Of a DNA stretch of 55,717 nt, positions 31,296 through 41,197 are shown one piece after another; within the stretch, counting starts at the first letter, position 1; each line of letters starts with the position of its first letter. The translations under genes were made by a program, and so were the position numbers. The notes beneath the pieces are model-generated. The model saw only the letters and a program-made list of their open reading frames with translations. It was not told the DNA's origin and made no database searches. The DNA comes from Candidatus Micrarchaeota archaeon (GTDB taxonomy: Archaea; Micrarchaeota; Micrarchaeia; Burarchaeales; Fermentimicrarchaeaceae): NCBI GenBank assembly GCA_026396385.1, contig JAPLWV010000026.1, forward strand, positions 1-55,717. The letters run 5' to 3'.

Positions 31296-31320
31296 TTTAA
31301 ATATCTGGAATGAGCTATTC
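31296..31320 (+). promoter_or_regulatory. Motif B copy, diverged (TTTAAATATCTGGAATGAGCTATTC)
   Basis: Same architecture as the island copies, upstream of the paralog at 31327. Confidence 0.5.
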
Positions 31321-31326
31321 TAGAGG

Positions 31327-31821
31327 GTGGTGCCTATGGCAGCGGGCCAAGGAGGAAGTGCAGTAGCACTAGCGCGAAAACCAATGCTGGATGATATTGA
31401 GCTTGAACTGACGAAGGATAAGAGTTGGGCAGGAAGACAAACAGTTGACGACGAAACTAGACACGTATCCGTACATTTCAAGGAAGGTGGAACAATAACC
31501 TGGTGTTCAAGACTTACGTGTTCAATTGATGATAAGGAACTATCAGATGTCAGCTTAAACTTCAAACAGGATGGAAAGCTGAATCGAATCGAACACGTTA
31601 TTCTGGATCGAGATAGGTTATGGAGTGCTAACATTGAAGAGTTAGAAAGAAAAATGAGGGAATTTTTGGATACCCTACCAGTAAAGGAATGGCTGAAGGA
31701 GAGGAATAAAACAAATGGAATAGATGTTGCAAAGGAAAAGGAAAGGAAGGGTGAACAAGAACGATTTAGAAAGCTGATGGAAGAACTTGGACCAAACGGG
31801 AGACGGCGGCTAGTTCATTGA
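31327..31821 (+). CDS. Hypothetical protein, paralog of the 12855-13301 product
   Basis: See the alignment under 12855-13301. Inserted between scpA and trm5 in opposite orientation. GTG 31327 or ATG 31336 start. Confidence 0.6.
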   Translation: MVPMAAGQGGSAVALARKPMLDDIELELTKDKSWAGRQTVDDETRHVSVHFKEGGTITWCSRLTCSIDDKELSDVSLNFKQDGKLNRIEHVILDRDRLWSANIEELERKMREFLDTLPVKEWLKERNKTNGIDVAKEKERKGEQERFRKLMEELGPNGRRRLVH

Positions 31822-31851
31822 ATCCGATTTCATCCCTGCCGTTCGCAAGGG

Positions 31852-32871
31852 TCATTTCACTCTAAAATCAAGCACCACTTGCACAACTCCGGGAGCGAAA
31901 GGCCTCACAACTCTTTTCGCAATTACCTCTGCCTTTCTCCCGCTTATCATCGCTTCCTTTGTGATAAACCTCTCGGTATCCTCAAAAGGGTTCTGCTCGC
32001 TAGCAAACTGGTAGAAGTGGATTATGCAGTTCTTCCTGGCTGCAAGGAAAGCTTCTCCAAGGAATTTCTCGGCTCCTTTCGGGAGAGGCATTAGAATCCT
32101 GTCCGCAGAATTCACAAACCTTTTTGGAATGATGTCCTTGACATCTCCGAGTATGGGAATTATTGCTTCCTGCATCCTATTCAGCCTTATGTTCTCCTCC
32201 ATGTATTTGAATGCATCTGGATTGAGCTCAACTGCATGAATCTTCACCTGGGGCTGCATCTTCACAATGACTATAGGGAAGGGTCCTACACCTGCGAAAA
32301 GCGCAAGTATACGTTCGCCGGGCTTCACCTGCTCTGCTATTCTTTTCCTCTCAAAAGACAGCCTAGGGGTGAAGTATACTTTTGTCACATCAAGCCTGAA
32401 CCTGCAGTTGTTTTCTTTATATTCCGTGACTGTCTTCCTCTCCCCCGCAAGGAACTTCAGCTTCCTCGTCCTGTACACTCCTTCCATGGGCCCGAGCTTC
32501 TTGAAGACTGATTTAACATTCCTGTGGACGCTGAGCAATGAAGCTGCAATGAGCTTCTCCTTCTTCTCAAGCTTCTTGGGAATTTCAACTATCGCGATGT
32601 CTCCGATTACATCGAAGGATTTCACAATCAAGCCGAACTCTTCTGGTGTAAGTTTACTTCTCAAGCTATCCTCAAGAGAAAAGACCCCGGGGGCTCTTTC
32701 CTTAAGCTTCTTTTCAACAAGCTTGAAATTCCTGAATTGACCTTTTACTGGGAAGTAAATGCCATCATCCTCAGCTTTGGGGGCGTAGTTATTGTCAAGA
32801 AGATTCAGAGAGATGAGCTCCCTTCTGATGTGCTCCGCTTCATTTCTATTAACTTCTATGCACTTAGTCAT
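31852..32871 (-). CDS. trm5: tRNA (guanine37-N1)-methyltransferase Trm5/Taw22 family (Met-10+ like)
   Basis: FDVIGDIAIVEIP, ERILALFAGVGPFPIVI (SAM site), VELNPDAFKYMEENIRLN (NPxx catalytic loop), ADRILMPLP. Confidence 0.8.
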   Translation of the reverse strand: MTKCIEVNRNEAEHIRRELISLNLLDNNYAPKAEDDGIYFPVKGQFRNFKLVEKKLKERAPGVFSLEDSLRSKLTPEEFGLIVKSFDVIGDIAIVEIPKKLEKKEKLIAASLLSVHRNVKSVFKKLGPMEGVYRTRKLKFLAGERKTVTEYKENNCRFRLDVTKVYFTPRLSFERKRIAEQVKPGERILALFAGVGPFPIVIVKMQPQVKIHAVELNPDAFKYMEENIRLNRMQEAIIPILGDVKDIIPKRFVNSADRILMPLPKGAEKFLGEAFLAARKNCIIHFYQFASEQNPFEDTERFITKEAMISGRKAEVIAKRVVRPFAPGVVQVVLDFRVK

Positions 32872-32882
32872 TCGACCACGGA

Positions 32883-35696
32883 TTATTCAAAGAATATTGA
32901 AGGCTTCATTGGCTTTGCCTGCCTTGCTTTCTTTGCATGAGTTTCCTGAGCTTTCTCCTCAGGCATAATGTAAACATCGGCATTCAGCTCCCTTGATAGG
33001 AACTTCTTTGCCCCTTCAAGCGCTTCCATCTCCTGCCTCAGGGTCAGCACCAGTGGGGAGAGATAGTTGACGTTTTTGATTAGTTGCTGCAGAACCCTCT
33101 GCGTCTCATCTGGGTCGGCCCTCATCCTGTCATCCCTCATGGCTTCTTTCATGACAACATCAAATTTCTTCTCCTTGTATGCCATGGAGTAGAGCTTCCT
33201 CTTCCAGTCTGACGCACAGTATATGTAGATGCTCCTCGGCGTAGCCTTCCTTATCTTAACTATGTTCTCGATATCCTCCCTTGTATCCGAGATGAGCTCC
33301 TCTGAGAGGTCTGCAACTTTATCTATCTTCATCTCATCATGCCTGGGCCATTCTGCAATGGAAACGAATTCAGAATCCTTGACAAACTCCTTCTTTCCAA
33401 GCTTCTCCCACATCTCCTCAGAGAAGTGCGGCATAAAGGGAGCGAGCAGCAGTATGATGTATTCCAGGTACTCCCTGAGCACTTTGCGGTTCTTTCCATC
33501 TCTTCTAAGATACCACTTCAGCTCGTTCACTGCCCCGTAGAATGCATCCTGACCAATGTCGCGCAACTCCAGATTCCTATAGCGCTCTTCGGACAGCTTC
33601 ACTTTCTTGTGAATTGCCGACAGGAGCCATCTGTCAACGCTGTTGACCTCCGCAGGGAATTCGTTGCATCTCTCAACAAGCATGGCAATGGAGCCCATCC
33701 TTGAAGCTATGCCTTCTGCCATTGTAGGGTTGAAGTCGGCATCTTGGGATAGGTCTGCTCCAGAAACAACGGAGAAGCGCACGACATCTGTTCCGTACTT
33801 CTTTATAGCTTCCCTCAGTGGGAGTATGTTGCCCATGCTCTTGCTCATCTTTTTCCCTTCCATGAGCACGAAGCCGTTTGTAACTATCTGCTTGGGCCAG
33901 AGCTCCTGCGGGAAGATGGCAACGTGGTTGAAAAGTAAGAAGGTAAGATGATTATGAACAAGATCTCCCGCAGAATGCCTCGAATCAAGGGGGTACCAGT
34001 AGAGCAGCTCCTCCCTCATGTTGTTGAGTAGCTTCTCCTCAATGCCGGTTTTGGCAGAAAGCCCCTTTGCATCGCCTTTTCCCAGCATCACATAGTCGAA
34101 AAACTCTGGAGAGAGCTTCTCTGCATCAACATCTTTGAGATAGTGGGAAATTGTGTAGAACGCCATGTAGATTGTCGAATCAGAGAGGGATTCAATTATC
34201 TGGGTCCTGTCAAATGGGAAGGGAGTTCCGAGCCCGCTTGCCCTCACGCATGCCTTCTCCTTCAGCCAGTCTATCGTATATTCGTATTCAACTATAGTTT
34301 TTTTCGGTATTATGTTAACCTGTTTCAAACATTCTCTGACCCGCTCCTTCCATCCCTCATCTCCATAGTTGATGAACCACTGCCCTTCCACTCTCTTGAC
34401 AACGCAGAGGGTGCCGCATCTGCAGTATATCGGACCGTTTATTATATCATAGATGAGAAGCGCCTTTCCTTCTGCAAGCATATCCTGTTTTATCTTCTCC
34501 TTCGCAGTGAGTGCTTTCTCCCCTTTGTATTTTCCTACGATCATTCTTCCTCCATGCGCCTCTGCTCTGTAGAGCCCCTCAGTTGCCTGCTCTGCCTTTT
34601 TGTCTTGCTGGTTTGCAACGCCCATTCTTTCTGAAATCTCTTTAGCAGGGTATTTTCCATATCCAGCAAGCTCTATTACCTGAATTAGCCTATCGGAATA
34701 ATTCTCAAAAGAGGTTCCCTTCAAATCGCGGAGGGCGAGAAAATCATAGGGAGCATGGGCCGGCACGCTCATCACAACCCCTGAGCCGTTCTTTGGGTCT
34801 ACGAAATCGGCAGGAAGGATGGGAATTTCCTCTCCAGTCATGAGGTTTTTGCAGTTCTTTCCAATGAGCTCAACTGTGCGTATCTGCTCCTTCACCTCAA
34901 GCTTCATCTGGTGCTTCAGCTTCTCGGCTGCATCAGAGGATACAATGTAGCTCTCCCCATTGCTTTCAATCCTCATGTAGTTCACGGCAGGGTTCACCCA
35001 GATGTTTGTCACTCCGTATATTGTCTCAGGCCTGAATGTTGCAGTCAGTAGGTAGTAATTGCCAAATTTGAACTTTATGAGTACGTACTCGTCAATATTG
35101 GGGTCAACGTCCCCCTGGGTGTCATGGGAACCAACCGCATTGTTATCCTTCGGGCACCAGGGGACAGGATGGCTGCCCTGCTTCAGATAGCCCTTCTCAT
35201 TCAGCTTCAGGAACTGCCATTCAATGAATTTGTTGAATATTTTATCATATGTATAGAATTTCCTCCTCCAGTCTATGGAAAAACCCATCTCCCTCATGCC
35301 CAGCTCAATTTCCTTGCTGAAGTAGTCCACGAGCTTCTCAGGAGTTGTCAGCTGGGAGATGATGTGCTCGGGTATGTTGTAGATATTCTTGAAAATTTCG
35401 TATATCTCCTTGTCCCCCTCGGCTATTCTCTTCGCCATGGCAAGCACGGGTGTACCCGTCACATGGAAGCCCATTGGGAAGAGCACGTTGTAGCCCTTCA
35501 TCCTCATGAAGCGCGCATATACGTCTGTTGTGGTATACGTTCTGGCATGCCCTATGTGCTGGGGGCTGTTGGGGTAGGGAAAGGCAGCTGTAAGGAAGAA
35601 CTTCCTGCTCTCGCTCACATCCGGCTCGAAAGTCTTCGCGTCGGCCCATCTCTTCTGCCACTTCTCCTCAATTTCATGGGATTCCATAGGTATCAC
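32883..35696 (-). CDS. leuS: Leucine--tRNA ligase
   Basis: PYPNSPQHIGHARTY (HIGH), KMSKSMGN (KMSKS), CP1 editing insertion, 937 aa. Confidence 0.92.
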   Translation of the reverse strand: MIPMESHEIEEKWQKRWADAKTFEPDVSESRKFFLTAAFPYPNSPQHIGHARTYTTTDVYARFMRMKGYNVLFPMGFHVTGTPVLAMAKRIAEGDKEIYEIFKNIYNIPEHIISQLTTPEKLVDYFSKEIELGMREMGFSIDWRRKFYTYDKIFNKFIEWQFLKLNEKGYLKQGSHPVPWCPKDNNAVGSHDTQGDVDPNIDEYVLIKFKFGNYYLLTATFRPETIYGVTNIWVNPAVNYMRIESNGESYIVSSDAAEKLKHQMKLEVKEQIRTVELIGKNCKNLMTGEEIPILPADFVDPKNGSGVVMSVPAHAPYDFLALRDLKGTSFENYSDRLIQVIELAGYGKYPAKEISERMGVANQQDKKAEQATEGLYRAEAHGGRMIVGKYKGEKALTAKEKIKQDMLAEGKALLIYDIINGPIYCRCGTLCVVKRVEGQWFINYGDEGWKERVRECLKQVNIIPKKTIVEYEYTIDWLKEKACVRASGLGTPFPFDRTQIIESLSDSTIYMAFYTISHYLKDVDAEKLSPEFFDYVMLGKGDAKGLSAKTGIEEKLLNNMREELLYWYPLDSRHSAGDLVHNHLTFLLFNHVAIFPQELWPKQIVTNGFVLMEGKKMSKSMGNILPLREAIKKYGTDVVRFSVVSGADLSQDADFNPTMAEGIASRMGSIAMLVERCNEFPAEVNSVDRWLLSAIHKKVKLSEERYRNLELRDIGQDAFYGAVNELKWYLRRDGKNRKVLREYLEYIILLLAPFMPHFSEEMWEKLGKKEFVKDSEFVSIAEWPRHDEMKIDKVADLSEELISDTREDIENIVKIRKATPRSIYIYCASDWKRKLYSMAYKEKKFDVVMKEAMRDDRMRADPDETQRVLQQLIKNVNYLSPLVLTLRQEMEALEGAKKFLSRELNADVYIMPEEKAQETHAKKARQAKPMKPSIFFE

Positions 35697-35726
35697 ATAG
35701 TATTTGCAACCTGCATTTAAAACTAT

Positions 35727-36629
35727 TCACGGAAAAGCGCTGCAGAAGCTCCAGAAGTTCTGGCCAAGAGTTCCCAAGTAGTAGCCTCCCTCAAGGACCG
35801 CAAATGCCCTCGCTCCGAGCTTCTCGGCCTCTTCCTGTATAATGCCGCCAATCCTGTTGTATGTTGCGCTGTCCTCTATATCAATTGCATTTCCACAGGA
35901 GTAATCCCTGTAGAACGTGTCAAACCCAACACTGACTCCTATGAGTTCTGGCTTGAATGCATTCACATCTTTTCTGAATTTCTCTTCAAAAATTTTCAGG
36001 TATCCGGCATCCTTGGTCCCTGGCTGGATCACTACATTGTGGATATGCTCATTGTTCTCCCTCTCAAAGCCGGAGTTCCAGGGGAAACAGGTGTTCGGGT
36101 CCTGGTGGAAGGAGAGGTAGAAAACCCTCCTGTCATCGTAGAATATATCCTGGGTTCCATTGCCGTGGTGCTGGTCTATGTCGACAATCATTGCCTTTTT
36201 TACTTCAGATTTAAGCATGGATGCAGTGGCAAAGGCAATGTTGTTAAGATAGCAGAAGCCCCCAAATGCATTCCTGCTGGCGTGATGCCCCGGCGGTCTG
36301 ATGAGAGCGAAGGAGAATTCTTTCTTGGAGTTCTCTGCAGCCTTCAGAGCTCCGCCTGCCGCAAGCTTGGCAATTTTGAATGTGTTCATTGAGAATGGAT
36401 TGTCCCCTGCCCCCTGCTGCGTATCTGAGAGGAATTTCAGCCTTTCTATGTATTCCTCGTCATGAACTATGTAAAGCTCTCTTTCCGAGATTTCTTTGGG
36501 TTTGTCAAATGAGACGGCTAGGTTGTTTTCTTTCAGATATCTTATAATCGCAATAAGCCTCTGGGGGTTTTCCGGGTGACCCGGACCAGTCTCATGCTCC
36601 AGAAACCTTTCCGAATAGACAATTTTCAT
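35727..36629 (-). CDS. Histone deacetylase/acetoin-utilization (AcuC) family deacetylase
   Basis: From ATG 36629 (MKIVYSERF). IRPPGHHA, DIDQHHGNGTQ, LEGGY. The ORF-track start at 36662 would overlap tRNA-Ser. Confidence 0.85.
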   Translation of the reverse strand: MKIVYSERFLEHETGPGHPENPQRLIAIIRYLKENNLAVSFDKPKEISERELYIVHDEEYIERLKFLSDTQQGAGDNPFSMNTFKIAKLAAGGALKAAENSKKEFSFALIRPPGHHASRNAFGGFCYLNNIAFATASMLKSEVKKAMIVDIDQHHGNGTQDIFYDDRRVFYLSFHQDPNTCFPWNSGFERENNEHIHNVVIQPGTKDAGYLKIFEEKFRKDVNAFKPELIGVSVGFDTFYRDYSCGNAIDIEDSATYNRIGGIIQEEAEKLGARAFAVLEGGYYLGTLGQNFWSFCSAFP

Positions 36630-36637
36630 AGAACCAA

Positions 36638-36724
36638 CGCCAGGGGTGAGATTTGAACTCACACTACCCGTGAGGGTAACCAGATCTCAAGTCTGGCGCA
36701 TTGACCAGATTCTGCCACCCTGGC
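36638..36724 (-). tRNA. tRNA-Ser(UGA), class II with a long variable arm
   Basis: Reverse complement: GCCAGGG-TG-GCAG..-CCAGA-CTTGAGA-TCTGG-TTACCCTCACGGGTAGT-GTGAG-TTCAAAT-CTCAC-CCCTGGC-G. Confidence 0.85.
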
Positions 36725-36784
36725 ACGAGATATACTCTGTCCTCTCAGGTTTAAAAAGCATTATTAATTTCTGCAGAACGAGAA

Positions 36785-37099
36785 TCACTCCAAGCTTATC
36801 TCAATGTGAACCGTATCAGGCACGCGCACGCGCATGATCTGCCTCAGAATCCGCTCGTCACCAACAACATCAATCACGCGCTTCCTTATCCGCATCTCCC
36901 AATGCTCGTAGGTGTCCGAGCCGTCTCCACAGGGAGTCCTTCTCGTAGTTATTCTCAGTCTTTTCGTAGGAAGAGGAATCGGGCCACGCATCTCAACGCC
37001 AGCTGCCTTTGTGATATCCCTTATCTGGTTGCAGACATCGTCGAGCTCCTTGGGGTCCTTGCCTATGAGTTTTATCCTTGCGCGCGTCATGTGTGGCAC
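36785..37099 (-). CDS. rps10: 30S ribosomal protein S10
   Basis: ARIKLIGKDPKELDDVCNQIRDITKAAGVEMRGPIPLPTKRL. Confidence 0.9.
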   Translation of the reverse strand: MPHMTRARIKLIGKDPKELDDVCNQIRDITKAAGVEMRGPIPLPTKRLRITTRRTPCGDGSDTYEHWEMRIRKRVIDVVGDERILRQIMRVRVPDTVHIEISLE

Positions 37100-37156
37100 C
37101 TTTATTCGCTCTCATTAGGTCATAATGAGAAACAGAAAAGGAAAAAAGAAAAGAAA

Positions 37157-38425
37157 TCAAGCGACTTTCACTACCTCCAGAACAACTCCGGCAGCAACGG
37201 TCTGCCCCATGTCTCGTATGGCAAACCTTCCCAGCTGCGGGAACTCATTGAACTTCTCAACAACGAGAGGTCTCAGTGGTTTCACCTTCACTATTGCCAC
37301 ATCACCCGTCTTGATGAAGTCCGGGTTCTTCTGCACCGTCTGGCCTGTCTTCGGATCCTTCTTCTCAAGTATCTCAGTGATTGTGCAGGCCATCTGCGAA
37401 GTGTGGATGTGGAAGACTGGCGTGTACCCCTTTAGTATTGCTGTTGGATGCTCAAGCACAACAATGTTTGCCGTGAACTCCTGAGCAACTGTAGGCGGAT
37501 TGCTTGCCGGTCCAGCTACCTCCCCTCTCCTCAAATCCTTCTTGTCAACTCCCTTGACGTTAAATCCTACATTGTCACCAGGCACTGCTTTCTCAAGAGG
37601 CTGGTGGTGCATCTCAATGCTCTTCACCTCCCCTTTGGCTCCTGATGGCATGAACACGATAAGGTCACCTGGCTTCATGACGCCCGTCTCAACTCTCCCT
37701 ACTGGCACAGTGCCGTGCCCTGTTATCGTGAACACGTCCTGCACTGGAAGCCTGAGCGGCTTGTCCAGTGGCTTTGCCGGAACTGTGAATTTGTCGAATG
37801 ACTCAACAAGAGTAGGGCCTTTGTACCAGTCCATCTTGGTCGGCTTCTTTCCAACGTTCTCTCCCTCGTAAGCAGAGTACGGGATGAACTGGAGTGACTC
37901 CGTCTTGTAACCAATATTCTTCAGCAGAGTTGTGGCCTGATTCTTCAAATCCTCAAATTTAACTCTCTCATAGCCAACGCTGTCCATCTTATTTATTCCA
38001 ATCACCATCTGCTGTATTCCCAGCACCTTTGCCAGGAAGGCATGCTCCTTGGTCTGCTGCTGTATGCCTTCCTTACAGGAAATTACAAGAACTGCAGCAT
38101 CTGCCTGCGATGCGCCTGTAATCATATTCTTGACAAAGTCCCTGTGGCCTGGCGCGTCAATTATTGTGAAGTAGTACTTGGGAGTCTGGAATTCTTTGTG
38201 GGCAACATCTATGGTGACTCCTCTCTCCCTCTCCTCCTTGAGCTGATCCATGGCAAAGGCGAACTCGAAGGTTGGCTTGCCTACCTTACCAGCCTCCTCC
38301 TTCAGTTTCCTCAATTCCTGTTCGCTCAATGCACCGGTATCATACAGGATTCTTCCAATTGAAGTGGATTTTCCGTGGTCAATATGCCCAATGAAGACCA
38401 AGTTTAGGTGTTCTTTTTCGGCCAT
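37157..38425 (-). CDS. tuf: Translation elongation factor 1-alpha (aEF-1A)
   Basis: [26 protein letters not shown], 422 aa. Sits upstream of rps10, as in many archaea. Confidence 0.95.
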   Translation of the reverse strand: MAEKEHLNLVFIGHIDHGKSTSIGRILYDTGALSEQELRKLKEEAGKVGKPTFEFAFAMDQLKEERERGVTIDVAHKEFQTPKYYFTIIDAPGHRDFVKNMITGASQADAAVLVISCKEGIQQQTKEHAFLAKVLGIQQMVIGINKMDSVGYERVKFEDLKNQATTLLKNIGYKTESLQFIPYSAYEGENVGKKPTKMDWYKGPTLVESFDKFTVPAKPLDKPLRLPVQDVFTITGHGTVPVGRVETGVMKPGDLIVFMPSGAKGEVKSIEMHHQPLEKAVPGDNVGFNVKGVDKKDLRRGEVAGPASNPPTVAQEFTANIVVLEHPTAILKGYTPVFHIHTSQMACTITEILEKKDPKTGQTVQKNPDFIKTGDVAIVKVKPLRPLVVEKFNEFPQLGRFAIRDMGQTVAAGVVLEVVKVA

Positions 38426-38527
38426 AGATATACCTCCAATATTTTATGACATCTGTAAATATCCATCTAATGCTTTAGAAGCCATATACTTCTGTACCTG
38501 ATTATTTTTAACCCTTTCGGAGAAAAC

Positions 38528-39409
38528 TCACCTTTTTGAGAACTCTGCGGAGATGGCGCCTCCAACTGCACCCAGCAGAGCGAATAATACTATTGTTGCT
38601 ATTAGTTTAGGGAGTATGAATATGCTTGAAAGCGATAGGTCAGTGAAGGCAAACTTTACGAGCAGGTCTGCTATACCAATATCAAGCCAGGAGTTGAGAG
38701 TAGTCTCGGCCTGGTGCGCGAGCCCCTCAAAAAGCACTGTGTAGATTATATTAAAGGTCGTTGCTATGAGCGCTGCAAAAACTCCGCTTATTGCGCCGAC
38801 TTCCAGCGCATTCCTTCTGTTTATATAGCCGTTTCCACACCTGTCAACCCTGAGCCTGAGGAGATAAGCGGAAACTGCACCTCCAATCGCGGGCCATATC
38901 AGCAGGAAATTTATGAAAGGAAGACCCATCAGGAACCCCCCGACTATCCCGCCTACTATAGTTGAACTTACCGTCTCGGAAGGCTTTACCGATAGCTCGA
39001 CCCTTGAAACAGGTATGCGCCTAGCTTCAAACCTTGCAGGTATTCTTTCTTCCGTTCTTGCGATAGGCATCCCCCTTTCCTCGTATCTTTTCTGCTGCAC
39101 TTCTACTATGTCAGTTGGAGTTGGAACTTCAAACTCCGCAGGAATCTTTGCCGAGCACAGCCTGCAGTAGAGCTTGTCGTCCTTCTCTATCGCACAGTCT
39201 GCGCAAATAAGCTTCTTGCATGACGAGCACATCCCGATTGCTTCGGAACGAGGATGGTTGTAGCACCTGTCAACAATTTTTGAGCGCGACAGGCAGTCCC
39301 TGCAGTATACCTTTCCATCTTCCTCAACTGCACATTTCGAGCATACTCCCTTGTTGCACGAGGAGCATATGCCAACTGCCTCTGACTTTGGATGTTTGAA
39401 GCATCTCAT
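38528..39409 (-). CDS. Membrane protein with two N-terminal B-box-type zinc fingers
   Basis: CFKHPKSEAVGICSSCNKGVCSKCAVEEDGKVYCRDC and CYNHPRSEAIGMCSSCKKLICADCAIEKDDKLYCRLC. The C-terminal half is hydrophobic and Gly-rich. Confidence 0.65.
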   Translation of the reverse strand: MRCFKHPKSEAVGICSSCNKGVCSKCAVEEDGKVYCRDCLSRSKIVDRCYNHPRSEAIGMCSSCKKLICADCAIEKDDKLYCRLCSAKIPAEFEVPTPTDIVEVQQKRYEERGMPIARTEERIPARFEARRIPVSRVELSVKPSETVSSTIVGGIVGGFLMGLPFINFLLIWPAIGGAVSAYLLRLRVDRCGNGYINRRNALEVGAISGVFAALIATTFNIIYTVLFEGLAHQAETTLNSWLDIGIADLLVKFAFTDLSLSSIFILPKLIATIVLFALLGAVGGAISAEFSKR

Positions 39410-39496
39410 ATTATCATGTATATTCTTGAAGTCCCTTATTTAAATTTATGGGCGAGTTAGTGATTTAAAGCTACACAGCTAGATATTTAGGAGCGT

Positions 39497-39571
39497 GGGC
39501 CCGTAGCTCAGCTTGGATAGAGCGACAGCCTCCTAAGCTGAAGGTCGCGGGTTCAAATCCCGCCGGGCCCG
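39497..39571 (+). tRNA. tRNA-Arg(CCU)
   Basis: GGGCCCG-TA-GCTC-AGCTTGGATA-GAGC-G-ACAGC-CTCCTAA-GCTGA-AGGTC-GCGGG-TTCAAAT-CCCGC-CGGGCCC-G. Confidence 0.9.
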
Positions 39572-39578
39572 CACTTTC

Positions 39579-39944
39579 GTGATTGTAATGAGCTCTTCAA
39601 TTGGTCTGAAAAAGGGCAAGCTGACAGCCGAGCTTAAGGATGCGGATAGAAGGGTAAAGCTCGCCAGGAAAGGAGATTATCTCGCCCTGCTGAAATTCAT
39701 TGGCAACGAGGCTGTTTCTGATTTCGATAAATACTCTGCAATACTCGAGCTGGTGAAAATCACGAACAGCAGGCAGGTCGGCCTTCGTGCGTTGGAACAC
39801 CTCGTATTATACATAAACTCAAAATACTCTGGGAAAGAAAGAAGCGAGAGGATGCACGCAATGCTGAAAGAAGTTGCCTCCCAGAAGCTCAACAGCCCGA
39901 TGATAAAGAAGGCAGCGCTTGCAGAGCTGGAGAGGATTGAATGA
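39579..39944 (+). CDS. Hypothetical protein
   Basis: 121-aa ORF, predicted helical. ATGA overlap with the downstream gene. Confidence 0.45.
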   Translation: MIVMSSSIGLKKGKLTAELKDADRRVKLARKGDYLALLKFIGNEAVSDFDKYSAILELVKITNSRQVGLRALEHLVLYINSKYSGKERSERMHAMLKEVASQKLNSPMIKKAALAELERIE

Positions 39945-41161
39945 GTTCAATTTTTGGAATCTCGGATGGGGAAGGCAGCAACATGCTTAGAGTAAATGGA
40001 GAGGAACTACAACTACCCCCAAACTCTGACGAAGGATTTCTCTCCTTCAATGGCTGGTTCTATAAATCTCCTGCTGATGAGGAAGAGTTGATTCAACTTA
40101 TTGAAAAGAAAGGCATTGGGGAATCTGTGAGAATGCTTGAAGGGGATTATGCATTATGTTACTACAAGAAAGGAAGCTTCAAACTTGCAAGAGACCCTGT
40201 GGGGGCCAGGGCGCTTTTCTATGGAGAAAATAATGAAGTTTTTGCTTTCTCCTCCTCCAGGGAACTGCTCCAGAAGCTTGGCGTTGGTGTAATCTCCCTA
40301 AAACCCGGCAGCATGTTGAGCTATGAGGAAGGGAGGATTAAACTCGTTCAATGCAATTCGTTGCCACAGCCTGCATTCAGCTCCGAATTCACCGGCTCGG
40401 TTAAGAGGAAACTGGAGGAAGCTCTCATCCACTCAGTTGAGAAAAGGATGCTCGGTATTGGGAAAATCGGGATAATGTTCTCAGGCGGAATAGACAGCAC
40501 GCTCATAGCGCATGTTGCCAAGAAGTTCAATTCAGAGCTGTTCCTCTACTCGGTTGGAACTGAGGAGTCAGAAGACATGAAGTACATTTCAAAGTTCTCA
40601 GAAGAGCTTGGGCTCGAGGCAAAGCAGATAATTTTAGAGGAGGATGAACTTTTGAGCTATTACGGAAAAGTCCAGGGTCTGCTCTATGACAAGGGCTTCA
40701 TGAAGGTTGAGCTTGCAATTCCCATCTTCATCTGCTCGGAGCATGCAAGAAGGGATGGAGTGAGGGTTATGCTGACGGGCTCCGGTGCCGAGGAGCTTTT
40801 CGCAGGCTATGACAGGCATCTGCAGTGCTTCCTTTCCGGAGGCGACTTGAGGAGAATGCTCCGTGATGAGCTGAGAGCGCTACACTCAAAAGATTTGGAG
40901 AACGGCGAGTATGCTGCATCCCTCAATCAGTGTGAACTGAGGTATCCTTTCCTAGATTTAGGTGTGATAGAAGCTGCCACTCTGGTAAAGCCCGAGTTGA
41001 ATCTAAGCAGGAGAGGGGAGAAGAAACGCGTGCTTAAAGCGGTTTCGAGGGAAATGGGCCTGCTAGAGGATGCTGTTGAGAGACCCAAGAAAGCCATGCA
41101 GTACGGCTCTGGAATGCACAAGCTGCTCATTCGTGCAAGGAGAAAGAACCTAATCAAATGA
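39941..41161 (+). CDS. Asparagine synthetase B-like PP-loop ATPase lacking the N-terminal catalytic Cys
   Basis: The N-terminus is MSSIFGI rather than MCGI. PP-loop IGIMFSGGIDSTLIAH. LTGSGAEELFAGY. Confidence 0.7.
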   Translation: MSSIFGISDGEGSNMLRVNGEELQLPPNSDEGFLSFNGWFYKSPADEEELIQLIEKKGIGESVRMLEGDYALCYYKKGSFKLARDPVGARALFYGENNEVFAFSSSRELLQKLGVGVISLKPGSMLSYEEGRIKLVQCNSLPQPAFSSEFTGSVKRKLEEALIHSVEKRMLGIGKIGIMFSGGIDSTLIAHVAKKFNSELFLYSVGTEESEDMKYISKFSEELGLEAKQIILEEDELLSYYGKVQGLLYDKGFMKVELAIPIFICSEHARRDGVRVMLTGSGAEELFAGYDRHLQCFLSGGDLRRMLRDELRALHSKDLENGEYAASLNQCELRYPFLDLGVIEAATLVKPELNLSRRGEKKRVLKAVSREMGLLEDAVERPKKAMQYGSGMHKLLIRARRKNLIK

Positions 41162-41197
41162 TTAATTTTAATAACCGTTCATAACAAATAGGATAGC

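Noticed and set aside
29828-31313. + strand ORFs of 202 and 231 aa opposite scpB and scpA; also 46882-47538 opposite mcm and 17760-20796 opposite DP2
   Set aside because: Ser/Phe/Leu-rich shadow frames with no motifs. The opposite strands encode clearly recognisable proteins.
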